Shown here: piece after piece, positions 53,748 through 62,292 of the stretch
How positions within the stretch are numbered: the stretch's first letter is position 1
Layout: the number at the start of each line of letters is the position of its first letter
Assembly (NCBI GenBank): GCA_934446675.1
Contig: CAKSEL010000007.1
Span: 445 to 64,444 of the forward strand
Length of the DNA: 64,000 nt
Direction: 5' to 3'
Origin: an uncultured Eubacteriales bacterium
GTDB taxonomy: Bacteria; Bacillota; Clostridia; Oscillospirales; CAG-382
The notes under the pieces: model-generated
What the model was told of the DNA's origin: nothing
Databases searched by the model: none
What the model saw: only the letters and a program-made list of their open reading frames with translations
Made by a program: the position numbers and the translations under genes

Positions 53748-54830
53748 ATGAATTCAGTATGGAGTAAAGAAAAAGCATGGGAATGGTATAATTCAAGAAA
53801 GTGGATCCGCGGATGCAATTTTATGGGAAGCGACTGCGCCAACCGAATAGATCAGTGGCAGGAACTGGGTTTTGAAGAAAGGCTTAAAACTGCGGACCGT
53901 GAATTGGAGCTGGCAGCGAGCACCGGTTATAATTCAATAAGAATTGTATTGGAATTCATTGTGTGGAAAGAAGAACATGATGGATTTATGAACAGGCTTG
54001 AAGAATACATCAAAACAGCCGATAAACATGGCATATCCTGTATGATCGTTTTCGGAAATGACTGTATGCTGCCAAAAACAGAGGGCTGGAAACCGCAGAA
54101 ACTCGGTGTTCAATCATACGATTGGGGATATCACGGCGGAAGAAAATTCTCTCAGCACGGAACATTTGATATTCCCGGCTATCATTTGCTTGATGAGCCG
54201 GAGCTTGCCGAAGAGCATTATAAATGGGTAGCTGAAATTGTTACAAAGTATAAAGATGATAACAGAATAATAATTTGGGACGTGTTTAACGAACCGGGCA
54301 ATTCACACAGAGGCAATATGTCCTTCCCGCATATAAAGAAATTTTTTGAAATAATCCGTGAAATAAACCCCATACAGCCGCTGACGTCCGCGATTTGGTC
54401 AAACACAAAGCATATTGATGAGCTTCCGGAAATAGAAAAATTTGCACTTGATAATTCCGATATTGTATCATTCCATAATTACTTTTCATATATAGATAAC
54501 ATCGAAACCATAAAAGAGCTTAAAAAGCTTGGCAGACCCATTATTAATACAGAATGGCTTGCACGCTGCTTACATAATAATGTTGCGGAATTGTTCCCTC
54601 TTTTTTATCTTGAAAAGATAGGCTGCTACAACTGGGGATTTGTTGCCGGCAAGTATCAGACATATGAACCCTGGAATTCCATGTGGGACGTATATGAAAA
54701 AAATCCGAAAGTTAATTATGATTTTACCAAATGGTTTCATGATTTATACAGACCCAATTTTCATCCGTATGATCCTAAGGAAATCGAAATTATTAAAAAG
54801 TTCTGCGATCTGGCAGATAAAGAAAATTAA
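53748..54830 (+). CDS. Clan GH-A (beta/alpha)8 glycoside hydrolase, family uncertain (GH5-like)
   Basis: 360 aa from the ATG (TTG at 53745 is an alternative start; AAGGAG at 53731). IIWDVFNEPGN acid/base block and TEW nucleophile-type block. No signal peptide. Confidence 0.65.
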   Translation: MNSVWSKEKAWEWYNSRKWIRGCNFMGSDCANRIDQWQELGFEERLKTADRELELAASTGYNSIRIVLEFIVWKEEHDGFMNRLEEYIKTADKHGISCMIVFGNDCMLPKTEGWKPQKLGVQSYDWGYHGGRKFSQHGTFDIPGYHLLDEPELAEEHYKWVAEIVTKYKDDNRIIIWDVFNEPGNSHRGNMSFPHIKKFFEIIREINPIQPLTSAIWSNTKHIDELPEIEKFALDNSDIVSFHNYFSYIDNIETIKELKKLGRPIINTEWLARCLHNNVAELFPLFYLEKIGCYNWGFVAGKYQTYEPWNSMWDVYEKNPKVNYDFTKWFHDLYRPNFHPYDPKEIEIIKKFCDLADKEN

Positions 54831-54982
54831 AAGTGAAGTATACGGAAACCGCAAAACTTGAATTGATAATTGTAAGGGCAGCCCGACATTAAACCCCGCT
54901 CGCTTTTCCTGCATAAAAACATGAGAGAATTTGTGTGTTTGTACTATAATTCCTTGTATCATTTAAGATAAGGAGAATGTAA

Positions 54983-56395
54983 ATGAAATTCAGAAAGCCA
55001 CTTGCTCTTCTGGCTGCTGCACTGATGCTTACCTGCATCGGCTGTAAAAAGTCGGAAACCCAAAAGAACAATACAGACGTTACTATTGATGAAAACGATC
55101 CGTATACTTCAAACCTTGAAATTAATAACTATGACGGCTACAATTTCCGCATGCTTGTACGTCCTTCGTGGATCAAAGACCAGTATCTCGAAGAAGGAAG
55201 CGGCGACCCGATTGAAGACGCTATTTACAAGAGAAACCTTATGGTTGAGGCGATGTACAATATTACAATAAGCGCCACGCCGTCATCTGACAGCAACTAT
55301 GAGACGGACGCGCTCAACTCGATCCTCGCGGGAGATGACGCATATGACGTAATCTACCCACATTCGAGAGCTGCGTTCTCTTATGCAACCCAGCACGCAC
55401 TTCTCAACATAAACGAGATCGACTCCATACATCTTGAAAACCCCTGGTGGGCAAAAGACATTGTTGAGAGTGCCGACATAAACGGCAACCTTTACGTGCT
55501 CGACGGAGATATTACTCTTGCAAGATACAAGAACGCCATGTGTCTGTACTTTAACAAGAGAATATTCGACGAACTCGGTCTCGACTATCCTTATCAGATG
55601 GTAAAAGACGGCACATGGACATTTGACGAATTCGCAAAGCTCGCCAAGAGCGGCGCAAAAGACCTCAACGGTGACGGAGTTATGGACGTTGAAAACGACC
55701 AGTACGGTTTTCAGACCGGCGAATGGCTGTCGCCGATAGCAATTCTCTACACCGGCGGTCAGAGAATTTACAACAAGAATGACGAGGGTATTCCGGAGCT
55801 TACGCTCAACACACCAAAGACTGTTGATATATTCGACAAGTACTTTGACCTTATGGATTCTACGGGAAACGTTATTTACGCTGATAATATAGTTACAGGT
55901 CCGGATATGTTCAGAGAAGGACGCGCAATGTTCAGTGACGGCGGTCTGAACAGCGCACAGGGTCTCAGAAGCATGGACGACAACTTCGGTATTCTTCCCT
56001 ATCCTAAGTTTACCGAAGATGATAAATACGCAAGCATAGTAAACGGCTCCGCGCACCTGCTCATCATTCCGCTTACTGTTTCGGACGCGCACAGAACCGG
56101 TAACATTATCGAGGCTCTCTGCGCAATAGGTTCGCGCGACGTTGTTCCCGCATTCTACGAACAGTCTCTTAAATCAAAGTTCAGCCGTGACAACGAGTCT
56201 GAAGAAATGATCGACATTATCAGAGACAGCATCATATACGATCTCGGCTATGTTGCCAACGGCACGTTTGATTCCATAGGACGCAATCTTGCGAGAAGCA
56301 CAACTCACGACTTTTCCTCCACATATGCCTCCCAGGAAGCTGTTGCACTTGCAGCGCTTAAAAATTTCAACAAGGCTTACGGAGAAATCGAATAA
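54983..56395 (+). CDS. ABC-transporter extracellular solute-binding lipoprotein (sugar-type), with no adjacent permease genes
   Basis: 470 aa. Lipoprotein-type signal MKFRKPLALLAAALMLTCIGCKK. Size and sequence style match family-1 sugar SBPs. Confidence 0.8.
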   Translation: MKFRKPLALLAAALMLTCIGCKKSETQKNNTDVTIDENDPYTSNLEINNYDGYNFRMLVRPSWIKDQYLEEGSGDPIEDAIYKRNLMVEAMYNITISATPSSDSNYETDALNSILAGDDAYDVIYPHSRAAFSYATQHALLNINEIDSIHLENPWWAKDIVESADINGNLYVLDGDITLARYKNAMCLYFNKRIFDELGLDYPYQMVKDGTWTFDEFAKLAKSGAKDLNGDGVMDVENDQYGFQTGEWLSPIAILYTGGQRIYNKNDEGIPELTLNTPKTVDIFDKYFDLMDSTGNVIYADNIVTGPDMFREGRAMFSDGGLNSAQGLRSMDDNFGILPYPKFTEDDKYASIVNGSAHLLIIPLTVSDAHRTGNIIEALCAIGSRDVVPAFYEQSLKSKFSRDNESEEMIDIIRDSIIYDLGYVANGTFDSIGRNLARSTTHDFSSTYASQEAVALAALKNFNKAYGEIE

Positions 56396-56424
56396 TCGGA
56401 TACCAATATTAATTTAAAACTTTG

Positions 56425-56447
56425 CCCGGTCTTTACGACCGGGTTTT
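56425..56447 (+). terminator. Rho-independent terminator
   Basis: CCCGGTC-tttac-GACCGGG followed by TTTTCTT. Confidence 0.7.
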
Positions 56448-56597
56448 CTTGTATAGAGAAAACCACGCGATAGTTGCGCGGTTCAAAAGGTTAACCGGTA
56501 AATCCCCCGTTTTACGGTTGATATTTATTGTATTATAAAAATTGTATTTAAGGTATAAATAAAATTGATTCAATGTATGAAAATATAATTTCGAGTA

Positions 56598-56626
56598 TTG
56601 ATAAACTTGAGCAAATATGATATAAT
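56598..56626 (+). promoter_or_regulatory. Consensus-like sigma-70 promoter
   Basis: TTGATA, 17-nt spacer, TATAAT. Confidence 0.5.
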
Positions 56627-56677
56627 AAATATGTTATACTAGCTTTTTTCTCAATAGTGAGAAAGGAGTCTATAGAT

Positions 56678-56752
56678 ATGTGGGAAACGCTATCGCAGGT
56701 TTTGGAGTACATAGATAGAATTACCGTAAAAACAACGCCGGATCAACGCTGA
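56678..56752 (+). CDS. 24-aa ORF downstream of a strong promoter (uncertain)
   Basis: MWETLSQVLEYIDRITVKTTPDQR with AAAGGAG 8 nt upstream. It could be a gene remnant or a leader peptide. Confidence 0.25.
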   Translation: MWETLSQVLEYIDRITVKTTPDQR

Positions 56753-56865
56753 AAGCCGTACAACAATTTGAAACAAAAACAATATAATAAAATGGTGTAG
56801 AAATGGTGTAAATCATTTTTCGCAAACGCCGAAACACCAGTAAAATCAAGGAGATGTAACATAAA

Positions 56866-57960
56866 ATGAAACTAGGTATAGTAGGACTTCCGAACGTCGG
56901 AAAAAGCACGCTTTTCAACGCAATAACAAACGCAGGCGCGGACGCAGCAAACTACCCGTTCTGCACGATAGATCCGAACGTCGGCATTGCTCCCGTACCG
57001 GACAAGCGCCTTGACGTGCTTGCGGAAATGTATCACCCCGAAAAATACACGCCCGCCGTAATCGAATTCGTAGACATCGCAGGTCTTGTAAAAGGCGCGT
57101 CTAAGGGCGAGGGCTTGGGCAACAAGTTCCTTTCGCACATAAGAGAGGTTGACGCGGTGGTTCACGTTGTACGCTGCTTTGAAAACGACGACATAATCCA
57201 CGTAAACGGTCACATTGACCCGGCAGACGACGTAAACACCATAAATCTTGAGCTTATTTATTCGGATATCGAGATAGTCGAACGCAGACTTGACCGCGCA
57301 AAAAAACTTCTCAAGGGCGACAAGTCCGCGCAAAAGGAAATTGACCTGCTTGAAAAGATCCTTGAGGTGCTCAATTCCGGCAAAAAGGCAAGCTCGCTCG
57401 AATACACAAAGGACGAGCTTGAAATATTGAAGGAGGTTCCGCTGCTTTCGATGAAACCCGTAATCTACGTTGCAAACATCAACGAGGACGAGGTCGGCAC
57501 GGATCTTACCAAAAATCCCTACTACATGAGCTTAAAGGCTATCGCCGACGAAGAACATTCCGGAATTATCAGCATATGCGCCGGAATAGAGGCGGAGATC
57601 AGCGAGCTTGAGCCTGAAGAAAAGAAAGCTTTTCTCAACGATCTCGGCATAGAAAACAGCGGTCTTGACGTGCTTGTTTCTGCGTGCTACGAGCTTCTCG
57701 GACTTATAAGCTTTCTTACCGCAGGACCGCAGGAAGTCCGCGCATGGACAATAGAAAAGGGCACAAAAGCTCCTCAGGCGGCAGGTAAAATACATTCAGA
57801 CTTTGAACGCGGCTTTATACGCGCGGAGGTCGTTTCGTTTGACGATCTTGTTGCGTGCGGCTCTACCGCTGCGGCAAAAGAAAAAGGTCTTATGCGTTCC
57901 GAAGGCAAGGAATATGTCATGAAAGACGGAGACGTAGTTCTGTTCAGATTCAACGTCTGA
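56866..57960 (+). CDS. ychF: Redox-regulated ribosome-binding ATPase YchF
   Basis: 364 aa. [20 protein letters not shown]-loop, [10 protein letters not shown], and the conserved C-terminal TGS-like region [18 protein letters not shown]. Confidence 0.95.
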   Translation: MKLGIVGLPNVGKSTLFNAITNAGADAANYPFCTIDPNVGIAPVPDKRLDVLAEMYHPEKYTPAVIEFVDIAGLVKGASKGEGLGNKFLSHIREVDAVVHVVRCFENDDIIHVNGHIDPADDVNTINLELIYSDIEIVERRLDRAKKLLKGDKSAQKEIDLLEKILEVLNSGKKASSLEYTKDELEILKEVPLLSMKPVIYVANINEDEVGTDLTKNPYYMSLKAIADEEHSGIISICAGIEAEISELEPEEKKAFLNDLGIENSGLDVLVSACYELLGLISFLTAGPQEVRAWTIEKGTKAPQAAGKIHSDFERGFIRAEVVSFDDLVACGSTAAAKEKGLMRSEGKEYVMKDGDVVLFRFNV

Positions 57961-58007
57961 TTTTGTCGTTTTTTGTCCCGGATTGTCGTCCGCACGTCCT
58001 TTTTGTG

Positions 58008-58037
58008 TAAGTTGTGCCGCTATTTGTGTTAGTTGTG
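58008..58037 (+). promoter_or_regulatory. Pair of 9-bp direct repeats with a 12-bp spacer (LytTR/AgrA-type site architecture)
   Basis: TAAGTTGTG (58008-58016), 12 nt, TTAGTTGTG (58029-58037). AGTTGTGCC is identical in both copies, with a 21-bp period. A TATAAT lies at 58068-58073, 30 bp downstream. Confidence 0.5.
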
Positions 58038-58112
58038 CCAAAGGCCGCACAAATGAGTTTTCGGGTGTATAATGTATACATCAAATGAAAACAAAAAAGG
58101 AGGACACAAGAA

Positions 58113-58244
58113 ATGTTTGAACTTATAAGCAGCCTTCTCACAGGCGCAGCTTACGACGCAGCAATCGATTCCGTAGGTCTTGCATCATGCAACGGTCTTT
58201 ACGAAATGAAGATGCCCGAAGCTCTCAACGAAATCGCAAAGTAA
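58113..58244 (+). CDS. agrD: AgrD-like cyclic-lactone autoinducing peptide precursor (43 aa; absent from the ORF track)
   Basis: MFELISSLLTGAAYDAAIDSVGLASCNGLYEMKMPEALNEIAK. AGGAGG lies 9 nt upstream. It has a hydrophobic/amphipathic leader, a single Cys plus 4 residues, then a charged tail with the P-E-x-L motif typical of AgrD. It has its own terminator. Confidence 0.65.
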   Translation: MFELISSLLTGAAYDAAIDSVGLASCNGLYEMKMPEALNEIAK

Positions 58245-58270
58245 GTTTTTTTCAAAGCTTAAAATGCGTA

Positions 58271-58305
58271 AAAGGCGGTACTTTTCGTGCCGCCCTTTCT
58301 TTTTG
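58271..58305 (+). terminator. Rho-independent terminator
   Basis: AAAGGCGGTAC / GTGCCGCCCTTT stem (one G-U pair) followed by CTTTTT. Confidence 0.7.
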
Positions 58306-58529
58306 CCGTTTTGCGGAAAAAAGTGTCTTAATTTATAAAAATTACCTTAAATAACTTTTGGCTTTATGCAAACAATAATAGCGTAGTCACGGGAAAGACA
58401 AAAGCGCGGTGCGACCGGCACGGCTTTATCAAAAGTTTTTTCACGCGGCTAAAAAACAAAAGCCGCAAACGGTGTTTATACAAAATGCCGGCGCGCGGCA
58501 AAAAAGTAATTTTTAAGGAGAAATTGATT

Positions 58530-58727
58530 ATGAATAGCAAGAGACTCGTTCCCGAAGCAAAGGAAGCAATGGATAAGTTCAAGATGGAAGCAGCAAACGA
58601 AGTAGGCGTTAACCTCAAGCAGGGTTACAACGGCGACCTCACCTCCAAGCAGGCAGGTTCCGTAGGCGGTCAGATGGTTAAGAAAATGATCCAGAACGCC
58701 GAGAACGCAATGAAGAACAACGGCTAA
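58530..58727 (+). CDS. Small acid-soluble spore protein, alpha/beta type
   Basis: 65 aa from MNSKRLVPEAKEAMDKFKMEAANEVGV...SKQAGSVGGQMVKKMI, the canonical alpha/beta SASP sequence. AAGGAG RBS. Confidence 0.9.
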   Translation: MNSKRLVPEAKEAMDKFKMEAANEVGVNLKQGYNGDLTSKQAGSVGGQMVKKMIQNAENAMKNNG

Positions 58728-58756
58728 TCACAACCCTTAATCAAAAGCTATACCAC

Positions 58757-58790
58757 GGCGCGGCGGTTAATTCCGCCGCGCTTATTATTT
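58757..58790 (+). terminator. Rho-independent terminator
   Basis: GCGCGGCGG-ttaatt-CCGCCGCGC followed by TTATTATTT. Confidence 0.75.
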
Positions 58791-58850
58791 ACCACGTTTA
58801 AAAATCTATTCCGTACATATTCCTCTCTCCCGTATTTTTGATTTTTACTG

Positions 58851-58879
58851 TTGACAAGCGGATTTTGCAATGTTACAAT
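58851..58879 (+). promoter_or_regulatory. Consensus sigma-70 promoter
   Basis: TTGACA, 17-nt spacer ending in TGT, TACAAT. Confidence 0.65.
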
Positions 58880-58909
58880 TCAATAAAATCAAAGACGCAG
58901 GAGGACAGC

Positions 58910-60631
58910 ATGGACATCAGAAACGTAAGAAACGGAGATCCCATTCCCGTAATGAATTACAGCGATCAGCCGTATGTTGTAAAGACAAACGACGGCGGCT
59001 GGCTCATGGCCGTAACGACCGGAATCGGCGAAGAAGGCAGCCGAGGGCAGCACATAACGTCCGCAAAGAGCTTTGACTGCGGAAAAACATGGTCTGAGCC
59101 TGTATGCGTGGAGTCTCCCGACAGTCCCGAATCGTCATATGCCGTGCTTTACAGGACGGACTTCGGCAGAATATACTGCTTTTACAATTACAACGCCGAA
59201 AACAGGCGGTTTGTCCTGTCCGATCCCGGAACGCTGAACGGCGGCAAAAGCTTCCGCGTGGATTCGCAGGGCTCTTTCGTATACAAATACACCGACGACA
59301 ACGGTCTTACATGGTCTGACAGGCGGTACGACATTCCCATGCGTATCTTCGACGTTGACAGAAACAATCCTTACGGCGGAAAAGTCCTTTACTTCTGGAA
59401 CGTCGGCAAGCCTTTTACGCTAAAAAACAGCGTATATGTTCCATTATACAAAATAGGCGGACTCAAAAATACGTTTATGTACAACACAGAGGGCGTGCTT
59501 TTGAAATGCGATAACATAAACTCTGAAAAGGACGCGTCAAAACTGCACTGGGAGACGCTCCCCGACGGTGAAAACGGCATAAAAGTCCCGAGAGAGATAA
59601 GCGAGATATCCGAGGAGCACAGCTTTGTAACTTTAAGCGACGGCAGCATTTTCTGCGTATTCCGAACCGTGTCAGGCAACCCTTACTGTTCTTACAGCCG
59701 CGACGGAGGACACACCTTCAGCCCTCCCGAAAAAATGACCTATGCCGACGGCAGGGCAATGCGCCACCCGCGGGCCGCAAATTTCATATGGAAATGCAGC
59801 AACGGCAAATACCTGTACTGGTATCACAACCACGGCGGCAAAGGCTACGACGACAGAAACCCCGTATGGATCTCCGGAGCTGTCGAATATGAGGCGTCCG
59901 ACGGCATACGTCTGAAATTTTCCCAGCCGGAAATTCTGCTGTACGACAAAGACGTTATGATACGCATGAGCTATCCCGACATGATAGAACAAAACGGAGA
60001 ATACTACTTTACCGAAACGCAGAAGAACGTTGCAAGAACGCACCGCGCAGATAAATCCCTGATAGAGGGATTATGGAGTCAGTTTGACGCGGACAGCGCC
60101 GTAAAAACACACGCAACGGTACTTAAAAACGGAGACGCAATGCCGGCTCTATCACCGTTTATCGAGCGTGACTTATCGTATACAGACAGCCGTTCAAAGG
60201 ACGTCTGCAAAGGCTTCAGCATCTGCATTGACGCGGAGCTTGACAAAAGCGGCGTGCTGTTTTCGACGTTTGATAATGAGCGCAGGGGCATGAACGCGGT
60301 TTTCGACGGTGAAAAGATAGTTTTCACCATGAGCGACGCAAGGCGTACCTGCTGTTTTTATTCGGACAAACAGCCGCTGTCGGCAAAAGGACGGCACAAG
60401 ATAACAATTCAGGTTGACGCAGGTCCGAGAATAGTGTCCATGATTACGGACGGCAGGCTCTGCGACGGCGCAGATGAACGTCAGTTCGGCTACGGCTGGT
60501 TTGACCGCGGCATGATAAGCGCAAACGGTGCAAAAAACATCTTTATTTCCGACAGCGTAAAGTCGTTTGAGCTGTTTACGGAAATGCTCACAAACTCGCA
60601 AGCCTGCATACTCCAAAACAAGCATGGTTAA
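58910..60631 (+). CDS. BNR/Asp-box repeat glycosidase of the sialidase fold, with a C-terminal LamG/concanavalin-like domain
   Basis: Start at MDIRNVRNGD (AGGAGG 7 nt upstream). Asp-boxes SFDCGKTWS, TDDNGLTWS, SRDGGHTFS. No signal peptide. Confidence 0.75.
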   Translation: MDIRNVRNGDPIPVMNYSDQPYVVKTNDGGWLMAVTTGIGEEGSRGQHITSAKSFDCGKTWSEPVCVESPDSPESSYAVLYRTDFGRIYCFYNYNAENRRFVLSDPGTLNGGKSFRVDSQGSFVYKYTDDNGLTWSDRRYDIPMRIFDVDRNNPYGGKVLYFWNVGKPFTLKNSVYVPLYKIGGLKNTFMYNTEGVLLKCDNINSEKDASKLHWETLPDGENGIKVPREISEISEEHSFVTLSDGSIFCVFRTVSGNPYCSYSRDGGHTFSPPEKMTYADGRAMRHPRAANFIWKCSNGKYLYWYHNHGGKGYDDRNPVWISGAVEYEASDGIRLKFSQPEILLYDKDVMIRMSYPDMIEQNGEYYFTETQKNVARTHRADKSLIEGLWSQFDADSAVKTHATVLKNGDAMPALSPFIERDLSYTDSRSKDVCKGFSICIDAELDKSGVLFSTFDNERRGMNAVFDGEKIVFTMSDARRTCCFYSDKQPLSAKGRHKITIQVDAGPRIVSMITDGRLCDGADERQFGYGWFDRGMISANGAKNIFISDSVKSFELFTEMLTNSQACILQNKHG

Positions 60632-60672
60632 ACCCGTTATACATCAAAATTATTTCAAAATAGCATAAAAAT

Positions 60673-60710
60673 GCGCGGCGGTTTGATTTTCCGCCGCGTT
60701 TACTGTTTTA
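60673..60710. terminator. Bidirectional terminator between convergent genes
   Basis: CGCGGCGG-tttgatttt-CCGCCGCG with A/T-rich runs on both sides. Confidence 0.7.
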
Positions 60711-60718
60711 ATCGTGTT

Positions 60719-61369
60719 TTATTTTCCGCTTATCATATTTTCAAGCAGTCCGTAAAGCTCTTTTGTGGTATATGCAATAAAATCGGGTTTGTTCTGCTTT
60801 ATTGCCGCAGCGTCCGCGTCCTTTGACCATGCTGCGGAAATAACCCTTATACCTGCGTTTTTCGCGCATATTATATCGGTCACGGCGTCGCCGACGTATA
60901 TCGACTCATCGCGCTGTATTCCGAGAGTTTCAAGCGTGGTATTTATGTTGGCTGTCTTGTTTATCTTTTCGGGGTGTCCGGGTTCAATGTGCGAGAATGT
61001 ATTTTCAAGTCCGAACTGTCTTAGCGTCACGTCAAGCGACGGTTTTCCCTTGCCCGTAACCAGTGCGCACTTTACGCCGTTTTTCTCAAGCAGCTCAAAG
61101 ACTTCTTTCATTCCGTCAAACATATCGGGGCACATTACCGGGTGAAGTTCGGTATACTTCTTTAAATAAAGCGCTGTTCCCTCCTCTATCCCGTCGGGTG
61201 CGAAAGCCTTTATTGTCGCCACTTCGTTCGGACCGAACGTCGCGGTAATCTCGTCCGACGAAGGAGTTTTTCCCGTAAGCTCATAAACTGCCCTCTTGAA
61301 AGCCTCTATACAAAGCGGAAGCGTGTCGGCAATCGTCGCGTCCATATCGAATATTACACATTTAATCAT
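60719..61369 (-). CDS. HAD-superfamily hydrolase (phosphatase/beta-phosphoglucomutase-like subfamily IA)
   Basis: 216 aa. MIKCVIFDMDATIADT motif I, VTGK, and YVGDAVTDI motif IV. Confidence 0.85.
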   Translation of the reverse strand: MIKCVIFDMDATIADTLPLCIEAFKRAVYELTGKTPSSDEITATFGPNEVATIKAFAPDGIEEGTALYLKKYTELHPVMCPDMFDGMKEVFELLEKNGVKCALVTGKGKPSLDVTLRQFGLENTFSHIEPGHPEKINKTANINTTLETLGIQRDESIYVGDAVTDIICAKNAGIRVISAAWSKDADAAAIKQNKPDFIAYTTKELYGLLENMISGK

Positions 61370-61398
61370 TTTTGTTTTCCTTTCCGTATTCTTACCCT

Positions 61399-62169
61399 TT
61401 ATTTACTGTTTATATGCAAAAGCGGCGCGCTGTTTCTGAATTTTGACGGCGACATTCCCTTGTGATACTTATAATAGTTTACAAAGGCGTTTGGGCTGTC
61501 AAATCCGAGAACGTCGGCAATCTGCTTTACCGAAAAATCAGAATTGCACAGATAATTGTCCGCGTCGCGTATTATATGCGTGTTTATAAGCGCCTTTACG
61601 GATATGCCGTAGTAATTCTTTATAAGTTTTGTCAGATACTCGCAGTTATATCCGAAATGCTCTCCGACGTCCGAAACAGAAATGCGCGCGCTTGAGTTTG
61701 CGCCTATCCACGCGTATACCTCCGCTGCAAGTTTGCTCTTCGGCGCGCTGCCGTCTGCGCACAGCTCTCCGAGAAGATACGCAAGCTTTGTCTCCGAAAC
61801 AATATCCCTTTCCGCGGCGCACACCGAATGTATTATCTCCTTGAACAGATACGCCTTGCCGAATTTTTCAAACACGTTTGATTTTATCGGAAGATCGCGG
61901 TACAGATCGTCGCAGAAAAAGTGCAGCCAGTAAAATTCCGTTCTGCCGTAACTGTATTTGTACCCTTTGTGAAATCCCGGCTTTAATATTATCACGCTGC
62001 CCTTGGTGAGATGATATTCCTTTCCGTCCTCGGAAATATACGCTTCTCCCAAAAGCATACAGATTATTTCATACGTCTTTTCGGTAATTGCAGGGTGAAT
62101 CCAGCGTCTGTCAGTCGAAAAAAGTCCGCAGCCCGAAATTTTAATTTCACAGTCTCCTATACGAATCAT
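61399..62169 (-). CDS. AraC family transcriptional regulator
   Basis: Start taken at MIRIGDCEI. Cupin-like N-terminus and C-terminal HTH IADVLGFDSPNAFVNYYKYHKGMSP. Divergent from the GH127 gene. Confidence 0.85.
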   Translation of the reverse strand: MIRIGDCEIKISGCGLFSTDRRWIHPAITEKTYEIICMLLGEAYISEDGKEYHLTKGSVIILKPGFHKGYKYSYGRTEFYWLHFFCDDLYRDLPIKSNVFEKFGKAYLFKEIIHSVCAAERDIVSETKLAYLLGELCADGSAPKSKLAAEVYAWIGANSSARISVSDVGEHFGYNCEYLTKLIKNYYGISVKALINTHIIRDADNYLCNSDFSVKQIADVLGFDSPNAFVNYYKYHKGMSPSKFRNSAPLLHINSK

Positions 62170-62292
62170 ATCGGTTTTTCTCACCCTTTATCTGTTTTTG
62201 ATTATTGATTTTAGGCATTAAATATTATATTATAAATACAGCGATATGTCAACAGTCAGCTCAAAAAGAGCGTATAAAGTAAAGGAGTGCGC

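Noticed and set aside
55283-56092. 269-aa minus-strand ORF
   Set aside because: It is antisense to the solute-binding-protein gene, and its product is Val/Arg-rich and nonsensical.
58757-60698. Similar GC-rich stems GCGCGGCGG...CCGCCGCG(C) at 58757-58781 and 60673-60698, considered as copies of a REP/MITE-like repeat
   Set aside because: The similarity is confined to the ~9-nt stem arms. The loops and flanks differ, and both are well explained as independent intrinsic terminators.
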